64,000 nt of DNA from an uncultured Christensenellaceae bacterium (GCA_910586905.1 CAJUIV010000001.1:271400-335399), one strand, 5' to 3'; counted from the stretch's first letter, positions 52,904-61,790 are shown. The notes: generated by a model from the letters alone, not told the origin. A program made the numbers and translations.

Positions 52904-53410
52904 ATGGAAATAATAAGGATTGTCATATCTTGTTTAACAATAATTAGTGTTTCGTGGATTATTGGTTATATAGGTGCGAATTTAAGGCAGAAGGCGGAAG
53001 AAAAACATCACGACAATATTCTTAAGGTGCCCAAATTAGTTTTGGCAATTGGTTTAGTGGAGGCAATAGCTTGTTATGTTGTAATTGTCTGTATATATGT
53101 TTTTGCATTCAACGAAGAAAATGTAGCATGGTCCATTGGATATTTTCTTATGTCATGCCTAGGTGTATGGATTGTCTTATATGCTTTGAATTGGCGAATC
53201 ACAATGCAAGAAGATTCCTTTACATTTAAGAATATGTTTGGTAAAAAAACAACATATAAGTATCAAGAAATAACTGCAGTTAAACATATAAAAATTGGTG
53301 GATATAGAGTATATATTGGTAAAAAAAGCATTGCTGTTGATTTTTATATTTTAGGACAACAATTACTGTGGGATAAAATTAAAGTAATGGATATTTCTAT
53401 AAAAGAATAA
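52904..53410 (+). CDS. membrane protein, candidate immunity protein for RHS tip 1
   Basis: AAGGAGAAGG SD before ATG 52904. It overlaps the end of the RHS cassette and has 3-4 predicted TM helices. Confidence 0.6.
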   Translation: MEIIRIVISCLTIISVSWIIGYIGANLRQKAEEKHHDNILKVPKLVLAIGLVEAIACYVVIVCIYVFAFNEENVAWSIGYFLMSCLGVWIVLYALNWRITMQEDSFTFKNMFGKKTTYKYQEITAVKHIKIGGYRVYIGKKSIAVDFYILGQQLLWDKIKVMDISIKE

Positions 53411-53467
53411 ATTTTAGATTTAATGAAGAAGTTATTTCCAAAGTTATTTAAATAAAGGTGTAATTAC

Positions 53468-53974
53468 ATGAAAAACAACAAGTTAAATATTGCAGATTTA
53501 GATATTATATTAAATAAATTAATCGGCACGCATTTTAAAAATATTATTTTTCAGCCAACAAAAGGCGTGTTAGAGAACAATATAATGGTTATCAATTTTT
53601 TGAATGAAGCAACCCAATATACTTTGAGTGTAGGGTGTTTTGTCAGGGTAAGAAAACAAAATAACATTATGTTAACCTCTTCAGATGAATTTTTTCAAAA
53701 AAATCTTGCCCCATTGAACGTAGAGAAGAGTGATACTCTATTGCAAGAAAACCTAAAAAATGTGAATCAGGAGTTGTTAAACAGTACAGTTGGCAGTATT
53801 AATATTACGCCAGTTGCGGATTTGCATATCCAAATGGACTGTGGAGTTATTTTGGATATATTGCCAGATTGCCTTGGACAAAATTACGAGCATTATAGAT
53901 TTTTTGATAATCACGCTGGGAATCATTATATTGTCTATAACTATAATAAAGTAATTTGTTGCAAATGTTGTTAG
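53468..53974 (+). CDS. hypothetical cytoplasmic protein, candidate orphan immunity protein
   Basis: 168-aa, AT-rich ORF with an AAAGG SD. It lies between RHS cassettes and a strong terminator follows. Confidence 0.5.
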   Translation: MKNNKLNIADLDIILNKLIGTHFKNIIFQPTKGVLENNIMVINFLNEATQYTLSVGCFVRVRKQNNIMLTSSDEFFQKNLAPLNVEKSDTLLQENLKNVNQELLNSTVGSINITPVADLHIQMDCGVILDILPDCLGQNYEHYRFFDNHAGNHYIVYNYNKVICCKCC

Positions 53975-54059
53975 AAACGAGTTGAGTAAATATTTTTTCA
54001 ATTCAAGAAATCTTGATGCAAAGAGACGGTTCTCAAGTATTATTTGAATTTACGATATC

Positions 54060-54108
54060 AATAAGACTGTTGCGTTCGTTTTTATAGCAACAGTCTTATT
54101 GTTTTTTT
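54060..54108 (+). terminator. intrinsic terminator
   Basis: AATAAGACTGTTGC ... GCAACAGTCTTATT is a 14-bp stem followed by G+T7. Confidence 0.75.
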
Positions 54109-54227
54109 AAATATTGCCAAGCATAGTTTATCTTAAATTCGACAACAGTTTCCCGCCAATTGATTCAATTTACGCTACATCTGCGTGTAGTTACTCTTTA
54201 GAACGTTATTCGTCTCTAATGTTACTA

Positions 54228-54256
54228 TTGACAGAACAATCGAAAGCAGATATAAT
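54228..54256 (+). promoter_or_regulatory. perfect consensus sigma-A promoter upstream of RHS cassette 2
   Basis: TTGACA (54228..54233), a 17-nt spacer, then TATAAT (54251..54256). Confidence 0.5.
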
Positions 54257-54289
54257 ATTATATACACAAAATTCAGCTGCAAAGTAATT

Positions 54290-55343
54290 AGCGAAGCCCG
54301 CAGCGGCGAATACGCTTTAACCAAGCAAAACGCATATACTGCCGACGGCGAAGTAGCAAGCACAGCGTATAAGCTTGCCGAGCAAGAGTTAAAGTATACT
54401 TACGAAACGGACAACACTCCCGACAAGCGTAACAGTAAAGTCAGCTTACCGTTCGGCGTAGAGCAGAACTTTGCCTACGACGGACTTGGCAGAACAAAAG
54501 AAATATCTTTAACAGACAATCTTGTAAAAGATATCTACTACGCCAAATACGGCGACCACGCAACAAGCCGTATCAATTCGGTATGGTTTGGAGTAAATGG
54601 TCTCCGCAAGGACAATACCCGTTATACATAAAGACGGCATTGCCGAACTCAACCCGTTCCGCTACCGCAGTTACTACTTTGACGAAGAAACAGGCTTGTA
54701 TTACTTGCAAACCCGTTACTACGATCCAGAACTCGGACGCTTTATCTCTGCCGACAGCATAGAATATCTCGACCCCGAAACAATAGGCGGACTCAATCTA
54801 TACGCTTATTGTGGAAATAATCCCGTGATGGGAATTGACCCCGAAGGCAACGTTTGGTGGAATCCTTTCTCGTGGAATTGGGGAAATATAGGCAAAGTTA
54901 TTGGCGGGGCATTATTAACTCTTGTTGGGGTTGGTGTTACCAGCTTTGGATTGAGTCTTGCGCCTATACCAGTCGTTAGTGGCGGCTTTATGCATTTGGG
55001 AACGGCAATGATTATGTATGGCGGGTTTGTTGTTGGGTCAGTTTTCGACAGCCAAATCAATGCGGATATGGAAGCAATAAATTGGAACCCGTTTAATGGC
55101 AACGAAAATATTGTCATAAAAGCCAATAAAATTTCATTCTATAAGGGCGTACCAACTGTTTGGATTGATAAAGATAAAGGTCGATCTGGAAGTTTTATGG
55201 GTATATGGTTATACGGCAGTAACAATGCCGATGATATTCGTCATGAGTGGGGACATACCATTCAGCAAGGTATTATGGGCTGGGCAAAATATCTTATAAC
55301 TGACAGAAAGATAAGTGGGCGGCATATGTCAGCCCTTTTATAA
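54290..55343 (+). pseudogene. orphan RHS C-terminal cassette 2 (start-less, frameshifted) with a tip containing HExxH
   Basis: The frame reads SEARSGEYALTKQNAYTADGEV...FAYDGLGRTKEISL...NGLRKDNTRYT*, then shifts near 54600-54640 into ...KDGIAELNPFRYRSYYFDEETGLYYLQTRYYDPELGRFISADS...NPVMGIDPEGN. The tip carries HEWGH (55242..55256). Confidence 0.7.
54648..54828 (+). repeat. ~180-bp direct repeat (RHS core end), copy 2
   Basis: See copy 1 at 52078..52258. Confidence 0.8.
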
Positions 55344-55380
55344 TTCTTCTCTTTAACTATTGAGATATTACTAAAAATTA

Positions 55381-55409
55381 TTGACATTAGCAGATAAACA
55401 ATATATAAT
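55381..55409 (+). promoter_or_regulatory. perfect consensus sigma-A promoter, probably for tRNA-Thr
   Basis: TTGACA (55381..55386), a 17-nt spacer, then TATAAT (55404..55409). It lies about 150 nt upstream of the tRNA. Confidence 0.5.
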
Positions 55410-55561
55410 ATATAGGCTACTATGAGCAAATGGAAGCCATATGCCGATACGGTACAGGTGGTGAACATCCTTTTTAAGTGCACGGTCAATGTCTTTTGTT
55501 CGTATCAGTAGCAACCAAAATACAGTCAAAGTCGTGCGTTTTTTGCCAAATTTGATACTAT

Positions 55562-55637
55562 GCTGATGTGGCACAGTAGGTAGCGCACCGCCTTGGTAAG
55601 GCGGAGGTCACGGGTCCGAGCCCCGTCATCAGCTCCA
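55562..55637 (+). tRNA. tRNA-Thr (anticodon GGU) with a non-canonical T-loop
   Basis: GCTGATGTGGCACAGTAGGTAGCGCA-CCGCCTTGGTAAGGCGG-AGGTC-ACGGGTCCGAGCCCCGT-CATCAGCTCCA. The cloverleaf folds. The T-loop reads TCCGAGC (C at position 55) and the D-stem has an A12-C23 mismatch. Confidence 0.7.
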
Positions 55638-55987
55638 CAAACCGTCCTTTGGGCGGTTTTTTCTTGCATTTTTGCTGTAAATTCGGGCAAAAAACAGGGA
55701 TAACAAACCACCGAATATTTTGTGGCACATTTTCATTTTTGTGTGCCATTTATGTGCCGTTTCATGTGGCGTCGTGTGATTGCTCGTGTTTGTAAAATTA
55801 CTATTTAGAACGGTTCGATTCTGTCCCAGCCGACTAATTCAGCCTAATGAGGAATTGATTATAAATTATTTTTATTAACTACGTTATGTAAAAAAGATTA
55901 AACGTACATGAAATATATTAAAAAACGAATTCGCTACACATTCTGTGTGGCGAATTCGATAAAAATATTTGTTTTTAATTTATTTAT

Positions 55988-56782
55988 TCAATTAAATTTG
56001 ATATTTACAGTGCCAGCACTGACGTCTACGTCGATATTTTTATTGGCGTCTGAACCGTGTTGATTTTTTACGTTGCAACTTCCGGCGGAAACGCTGGCAG
56101 TAATGTTATAAGCGGCTTTTTCTCCTTTAACTTGTATGTTCGCGGTTCCTGCGGATACGTCCACTTTTATGTCGTCGCATAATACGTTTGAAAGATTAAC
56201 CGTTCCGGCATTCAAATCGCACTTAACTTTTTCGCAAATTACGCCTTTTACGTTAAACGTTCCGGCATTAACGTTGCATTGTAAATTAGTACAAGTAATA
56301 TCTCCGAGTGTTACCGTGCCGGCATTAAGCATTAGTTTTACGGACTCGTAATTTCCGTCGGCAACGTTAACAGTACCGGCGTTTATTTCGAAGTCGAGAC
56401 TGATACTCGAATTGCGCGGTATGGAAATAACGGTGGTGGGAAGTTTTTTAAGAAAAATACCGAAATTCATCCACCAGCGTTTGTTTCTGTTGGTCGATGC
56501 GGTTAATATGCCGTTTTCTTCCGTAATGGTTGTGGTTAGATAATCGTTTTCGGGATAGTCTATTTTTATTTTATCTCCGTCGTAAAATTCCGTTTTGATA
56601 GTGCCTATTGCAAAATCGAGTTTTATCGTCGTTATCTCTTCGCTACTTTCGTAGTTTTTCATTTCATATTTTGTCATAGATTCAAATTTCCAATCGTTCA
56701 AACCCAGCGCTACAATCAATACTATCACTCCTACAAGTATCACTGCAATACCGGCGCCGATTGCTTTTCCCAATCCTTTCAT
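55988..56782 (-). CDS. DUF4097-family beta-helical repeat protein with an N-terminal TM anchor
   Basis: 264 aa. Repeated (L/V)NAGT(V/F)N(V/L) strands recur about every 20 aa. Confidence 0.75.
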   Translation of the reverse strand: MKGLGKAIGAGIAVILVGVIVLIVALGLNDWKFESMTKYEMKNYESSEEITTIKLDFAIGTIKTEFYDGDKIKIDYPENDYLTTTITEENGILTASTNRNKRWWMNFGIFLKKLPTTVISIPRNSSISLDFEINAGTVNVADGNYESVKLMLNAGTVTLGDITCTNLQCNVNAGTFNVKGVICEKVKCDLNAGTVNLSNVLCDDIKVDVSAGTANIQVKGEKAAYNITASVSAGSCNVKNQHGSDANKNIDVDVSAGTVNIKFN

Positions 56783-57514
56783 TTAAGCTCGCTCCTTTCC
56801 GCTAAACAATCCTTTAAGCCATCTAAACAGCTTTTTAAATAAGCCCCACATCAGTTTTACCAGTTTTATGCAAAGAGGAATCAAAATTACGGAGATTCCT
56901 ATTTCTATAATGCCTCCGCCTAAAGTAAACAAACCGCTTATGACGTTAGAAAAAATCTCTTTTATTCCTACTATGCATGTCCCTATTCCCTGTATAAGTA
57001 CGCCGAACGGGGCTACGCACAAGCTTATTGTAACGCCTACCATCGCCATGATAAGACCGAACAGCGGTATGGCGAATACTACGCATAAAAGTACGAATAC
57101 CCAAGTATAGTCGGATTTTTTTACGGTTTTTTCTTTTACGGGAGGCTGATGCCCGACGTAATCGCGGCTGTCGTCCGAGTAATAATTTCTATCTTCGTTT
57201 GATGTTCTGCGTTCCCGTTCCTCACGTTTTCTTTCGCGTTCTTCGCGTCTAAGTTCTCTTCTGCTCGGTTTTTCATCGCGTTCCGCTGCGTAAGAATCGC
57301 GTTCCGTTCGGCCGTCGTCGAAGCCGTCGTATAGTATGCGTTGAGCCGCGTCGTACGGAGCTCCGAAATCGTCTATGATTTCTCGTTCGGTAAAACCTGC
57401 GTCGCGTCTGTCTGCGTACGCTTCGGCGTAGTAGTCAAGAACGCGCCTTCTTTCGTTTTCGGACACGCACAAAAGATTATTTTTAAGTTCGTCGCGCCAC
57501 TCGTTATATGTCAT
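56783..57514 (-). CDS. DUF1700-domain membrane protein
   Basis: 243 aa. The N-terminus is MTYNEWRDELKNNL...ERRRVLDYYAEAY...IIDDFGAPYDAA. An Arg/Glu-rich linker is followed by C-terminal TMs, in a PadR operon context. Confidence 0.7.
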   Translation of the reverse strand: MTYNEWRDELKNNLLCVSENERRRVLDYYAEAYADRRDAGFTEREIIDDFGAPYDAAQRILYDGFDDGRTERDSYAAERDEKPSRRELRREERERKREERERRTSNEDRNYYSDDSRDYVGHQPPVKEKTVKKSDYTWVFVLLCVVFAIPLFGLIMAMVGVTISLCVAPFGVLIQGIGTCIVGIKEIFSNVISGLFTLGGGIIEIGISVILIPLCIKLVKLMWGLFKKLFRWLKGLFSGKERA

Positions 57515-57822
57515 ATCCGTCCTCCAAATATCTTCTTGTAAATAGTGTTAATTTCCAATAAATCGTTTCTTCCCGCTAAAAACTTTTTTAAACCTAAATT
57601 CGTTATTTTGTAGTAACGGCGAAGTCTTCCGCTGTATTCGGCTGTTCTGGTAGTTACGTATCCTCCCGTTTCAAGGCGTTTAAGTATAGGATACAGCGTG
57701 CTTTCTGAAATTTCGATTATGCCTTCCAAATCGTTGATTATTTTATAACCGTAGCTTTCTCCTTTGCTTAATGCGTAGAGTACGCATACGTCCAATATTC
57801 CTTTTTTCAGTTGAATATCCAT
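57511..57822 (-). CDS. PadR-family transcriptional regulator
   Basis: The start at 57822 gives MDIQLKKGILDVCVLYALSKGESYGYKIINDL...LYPILKRLETGGYV, a winged-helix PadR signature. Confidence 0.85.
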   Translation of the reverse strand: MDIQLKKGILDVCVLYALSKGESYGYKIINDLEGIIEISESTLYPILKRLETGGYVTTRTAEYSGRLRRYYKITNLGLKKFLAGRNDLLEINTIYKKIFGGRI

Positions 57823-57844
57823 ATTCAATACCCCGCTTTGTCTA

Positions 57845-57865
57845 ATACTATACATTACATAGTAT
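57845..57865. promoter_or_regulatory. palindromic operator overlapping the PadR operon promoter
   Basis: ATACTAT-N7-ATAGTAT. The minus-strand promoter is TTGACA (57875..57870), a 17-nt spacer, then TATAGT (57852..57847). Confidence 0.45.
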
Positions 57866-58168
57866 GCGTTGTCAACTGTTTTTTTGCACAATTTTATACC
57901 TTTTCGTTTGTTTCCGCATTGAAATAATTCACTTAATAGCGGTGGGGCGCGCAGAAAAATGTAACGTCATAATCTTTAATTCCGTCCAGTCAATTAGATT
58001 TGACGATGGACGTTAAATTTAACTGAAGAATATTAAGAAAAAAGTTTCGAAAAAAGACTCTGAATTTTGTATTGAGTATGTGGCGCGTTGTTTTTTTAAT
58101 TAAAAAGAAATAACGCTTCGGCAAGAAGCGTTATTGTTATGGAATTTACATTTAAAATGTTTCGCGGA

Positions 58169-58864
58169 TTACAAATCTTCCAAACGTTCTATGGAAATCA
58201 TCGCGTCGTTTCCCTCGATAAAATTGTTTATTTTTTCGGCGTTATAGTTTTGATTTGGACGTATAACGGCTTCGACAATCAATCGTTCGTCGGCACGGGT
58301 AATTTTGTATCTGTGAAATTGTGTAATACCGAAATAAATCTGAAGCGTCTTTTGCAGTTCGTTCGAGTGATAAAAACGCACTAATAAAAGCCGTTGCCCG
58401 TGGCGTTTGAACCGAGGCGTATGTAAAATGATTTGTATTACTACTATCAACAGCGTTCCGCAGCTTGCAACAATATAAAGACCCGCTCCGCAAGCCATAC
58501 CGATAGCGGACGTAGCCCATATGATAGCCGCAGTAGTTAAACCGTGCAAACTTTCTCTGCGAAAGAAAATGATTCCCGCTCCGAGAAAACCAATTCCCGT
58601 AACGACTTGCGCCGCAATGCGCGCTCCGTCGCCGTCTGCTATTTCTCCGATTTTGATGGAAATCACCGTAAACAGCGCCGAAGCCAAACCCACTGTAAAG
58701 TGAGTTCCCATGCCTGCCTCTTTTTGTCGGTGAGAACGTTCAATTCCTATTATCAAACCCAGCAAACCCGCTATAACTATTCTAAATAGATAAATCAGTT
58801 CGTTTTGCCACGAAAATCCTTTAAACAGTTCGAATCCGCCTTCGAATGCCAGCAAGTAGTTCAT
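58169..58864 (-). CDS. mgtC: MgtC/SapB-family membrane protein
   Basis: GAGGTG SD before ATG 58864. RIVIAGLLGLIIGIERSHRQKEAGMGTH is the MgtC signature. A C-terminal ACT-like soluble domain follows. Confidence 0.8.
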   Translation of the reverse strand: MNYLLAFEGGFELFKGFSWQNELIYLFRIVIAGLLGLIIGIERSHRQKEAGMGTHFTVGLASALFTVISIKIGEIADGDGARIAAQVVTGIGFLGAGIIFFRRESLHGLTTAAIIWATSAIGMACGAGLYIVASCGTLLIVVIQIILHTPRFKRHGQRLLLVRFYHSNELQKTLQIYFGITQFHRYKITRADERLIVEAVIRPNQNYNAEKINNFIEGNDAMISIERLEDL

Positions 58865-59259
58865 CGGTTGCACCTCAAAAAAATTATGCCAACAATGCCG
58901 TATATTCATACGTACTGCGGGCATTTTTACATTTTTGTCCTATGTCTGCGACATTATAGCATACCGAAGATATAATTTCAAGAGGAAAAAGTATTTTTTT
59001 GTAATTTTTATTTAAAATTTTCGATTCGTAATTAGATATCTTTTCAAATTTCAGGTCGGGCAAAACAGACAAACCGAAATTTTTAACAAACAAAAAAGAT
59101 AACGGATAAAATTTGAGCATATTTAATATTGGTATTGAGCTTGGCGTCAACAGCGTTTATCAGACGTTACGCAATAGCGAACTTTATAGACTGTCAGTTT
59201 GTACCTCTTTTGCGCGTATCAAAACGAAAAGCGGCTAAATAATTTTAGCCGTCAAGAGT

Positions 59260-60156
59260 TTATTTTTTATTGAATCGTTTGTCTTTGCCTTCGAGTTTTG
59301 CGACGAAAGTGGTATTTTGGTCTACCAGACGCGAAAAAATGCGTTCGTCGTATCTGTCGCGGATATCTTGCAGAGAAAGGTTTGTGCTTACGAGCGTTTG
59401 CTTGCGTCGCGCTATACGTTCGTTTAATACCGCAAACAAATATTCCGCCGTTACGTTTTTGTAAACTATCTCCGTGCCCAGGTCGTCTATTACAAGCAGT
59501 TCGACGTCGGTTAACGTATCCAATACGGACTGGCACGTTCGCGCGTCGGACAAGTGCGCTTCAAGCAGCATCGAATTTAAAGAATACGCCGTCAAAAACA
59601 GCGCGCTTTTTCCAAGTGAAATTCCAAGATTAGCGCACGCGGTAACCAAGTAAGTTTTTCCCGAACCCGTATTGCCTACGACAAGCATATTTTTGTCGCC
59701 GTTTAGCGTTATTTCGCGCGCTTTTTTGTATACCGCTTCATTGTGAGGATTGGTTTCCGTCGAGTTTTCAAACGTCCGAGAGGCGTCGGTTACGTTACTT
59801 TCAGAGCTTAGTAATTTGCATATTTCGTTTTGTAAACAACCGCATATCGCGTTATTTACGTATCCCGTATCTTCGCAAAAACGGCAGTGATAGTTCGGGC
59901 GCAGCGATTCTTCCGTCATACCGTATTTTTTCAGTAACTGCAGACGCGATATTTTCAGCATGTCGATTTTTCGTTTTAATTCAGAGGTTTTATTCGAAGC
60001 GTACTCGACTTGAGCTAGGCGTAAAGATTTTTCGCATTCGTTCCATTCGGAATGTTCGCGTAAAAATTCAATCGTTCGGTCGCATTGCCGTTCCGCGTCG
60101 TATTTGTATTTTTCGATAATACTTTGAGCCGTAATAAGAAGCTGCCGTCTGTTCAT
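59260..60156 (-). CDS. dnaI: DnaI/DnaC-type helicase loader ATPase
   Basis: 298 aa. Zn-binding CRFCEDTGY...CGC, Walker A VVGNTGSGKTYL and Walker B LLVIDDLG. A terminator lies at 59221..59251 on the minus strand. Confidence 0.85.
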   Translation of the reverse strand: MNRRQLLITAQSIIEKYKYDAERQCDRTIEFLREHSEWNECEKSLRLAQVEYASNKTSELKRKIDMLKISRLQLLKKYGMTEESLRPNYHCRFCEDTGYVNNAICGCLQNEICKLLSSESNVTDASRTFENSTETNPHNEAVYKKAREITLNGDKNMLVVGNTGSGKTYLVTACANLGISLGKSALFLTAYSLNSMLLEAHLSDARTCQSVLDTLTDVELLVIDDLGTEIVYKNVTAEYLFAVLNERIARRKQTLVSTNLSLQDIRDRYDERIFSRLVDQNTTFVAKLEGKDKRFNKK

Positions 60157-61610
60157 TAGTCCTCCGTTTCATCGAGCGCGGTAAACAAAGCGTTGATTTC
60201 TTCGTCCGTGTAACTGCGTCTTTCTATTTCTCTGCCGCCTATGAGTGCTTTGGTTGCCGCGGCGGAAGATTGAGCTTGTTTGGTTTTAAATTGTTTCGCT
60301 TGTATAAGTGTTGTTACGCCGTTTTGTTTGTAATCCGATAAAATGCGGTTGACGTAAGAAAGAGGAGCGTTGGTTCCGGCGGCTTTTTCCGCAACGAATT
60401 CTATAACATCTTGCGGCATAAACCACTTTTCAGTCCAGGTTTTGTACAGCAGTCTGTCGTTGGAATTGACTTTTCTGTCCAATCCGCATTTGTTGAGGAC
60501 GGTTTTTACAAGTTCGTCTTTTTGAGCTATCTCTGCCAAATAGGTATCCAGCGTCGCAAGGGTCGTAACGCCTTTTTTATGAAGTTTGTCTATAACCGAT
60601 GCCAATCCGTTTAAAGTGCGTATGCCGCTTTTAAAGCAGTATTTCGCAACGGCAATCAGCGTTTCGTCGTCGAAGCCTTTGCGCAGCCAGTTCGTTACGT
60701 ATTCGTCTACAACCATATCTAAACTTTGGTAGTATACTCCGACGGTTTTGTTTATTTCTTTCGCGAGGGTGTAAAGACGGTTTTTCTGCTCCTCGTAGTT
60801 TTCTATTTCTTTTAGCGAATTTGCGCCGCGCTTATAGTATTCGCACAGTAACGCGTCCAATTTGGACATTCCGCCCGTTTTGCATTTTTTTGCCACGTTC
60901 ACGATAACGTCTTGGGTAAAGCCCAGTTCGCGCGTCCATTTGTCGTAGTTTTCGCGGTCAAAGTGTTCGAACTTGCGCGTAACGTTCAGGGCTTTAAATA
61001 CGAGTTTTAAGTCTTCGTCGTATTTTTGCTGACAGTTAAGCCGTTCCGCCACGACCGCGAGAGAGGTGTTGCCCTTTCTAAGCTCGTTGTTTGCAACCGT
61101 CAAGATATACGGATATTTTATATCGCTGCCTTTGAGCGCCACACAGTATTTTATAACTGCAAGCAGCGCTTCCGGTTCGAAAGTGGTGTTTTCCAAAAAT
61201 AAATAATATTCGTTAAATTCGGTAGTCGTTACCATCCGCCCTTCGATAAGAGCCTGTACTTCTTTCGAGAATTTTGCGTATTTGCGCGGATTGATTTTTT
61301 TGAGAGAGCTTACGGAATCTCTTATCGTGAAGTATACGACTTTTTGAGGAGCGTCGTTTATAATATGCACGAGTCCCAGTTCTTCCCAATACTGAAAAGA
61401 CGCTATAACGTCGTCGCAGTCGATATCCAGTTTTTGCGCTATCGTTTCGCAGGAGTTATCGCTTCCTGCGCTGTTCGACAAAGCCAAACCGAGTAAATAC
61501 ACCTTCACGCACATTTCGGGAGCGTCGGCAAGATAGTTCAAAAAAAACTTGTTGTCGATGCAAGTGTATCCGTCGTATATAAGTTGTTTTTCTTTGTCGC
61601 AAAACGCCAT
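60156..61610 (-). CDS. dnaB: replication initiation/membrane attachment protein (B. subtilis-type DnaB, DnaD-domain protein; not the replicative helicase)
   Basis: 484 aa. It overlaps the dnaI start by 1 nt. Repeated DnaD-like winged-helix/helical modules are present (...YKRGANSLKEIENY..., ...ILSDYKQNGVTTLIQAKQF...). Confidence 0.7.
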   Translation of the reverse strand: MAFCDKEKQLIYDGYTCIDNKFFLNYLADAPEMCVKVYLLGLALSNSAGSDNSCETIAQKLDIDCDDVIASFQYWEELGLVHIINDAPQKVVYFTIRDSVSSLKKINPRKYAKFSKEVQALIEGRMVTTTEFNEYYLFLENTTFEPEALLAVIKYCVALKGSDIKYPYILTVANNELRKGNTSLAVVAERLNCQQKYDEDLKLVFKALNVTRKFEHFDRENYDKWTRELGFTQDVIVNVAKKCKTGGMSKLDALLCEYYKRGANSLKEIENYEEQKNRLYTLAKEINKTVGVYYQSLDMVVDEYVTNWLRKGFDDETLIAVAKYCFKSGIRTLNGLASVIDKLHKKGVTTLATLDTYLAEIAQKDELVKTVLNKCGLDRKVNSNDRLLYKTWTEKWFMPQDVIEFVAEKAAGTNAPLSYVNRILSDYKQNGVTTLIQAKQFKTKQAQSSAAATKALIGGREIERRSYTDEEINALFTALDETED

Positions 61611-61790
61611 AAATTCCCTCTTTTGTCGATAAAGTATTGATTATTTTCTTATTATGAGTTATACTATTTTATAAGCGTAGTGTAAAATATGCGGATTGTC
61701 GTTTTGAACGACCGAGCTATTTTATTTTAGCACAAATTGTTCGCCTTATCAACAAATTTGCAAAATTTAGTTAAATTAAAGAGGTACGGT

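Noticed and set aside
55723-55745. TGGCAC at 55723 as a sigma-54 -24 element.
   Set aside because: The required TTGC(A/T) -12 element at the proper 5-nt spacing is absent (TGGCAC-ATTTT-CATT). No downstream gene follows in that orientation.
58884-59150. 88-aa minus-strand ORF between mgtC and dnaI.
   Set aside because: It is AT-rich with a Lys/Asn/Phe/Ile-rich low-complexity product and no SD. It lies in the promoter region of mgtC.
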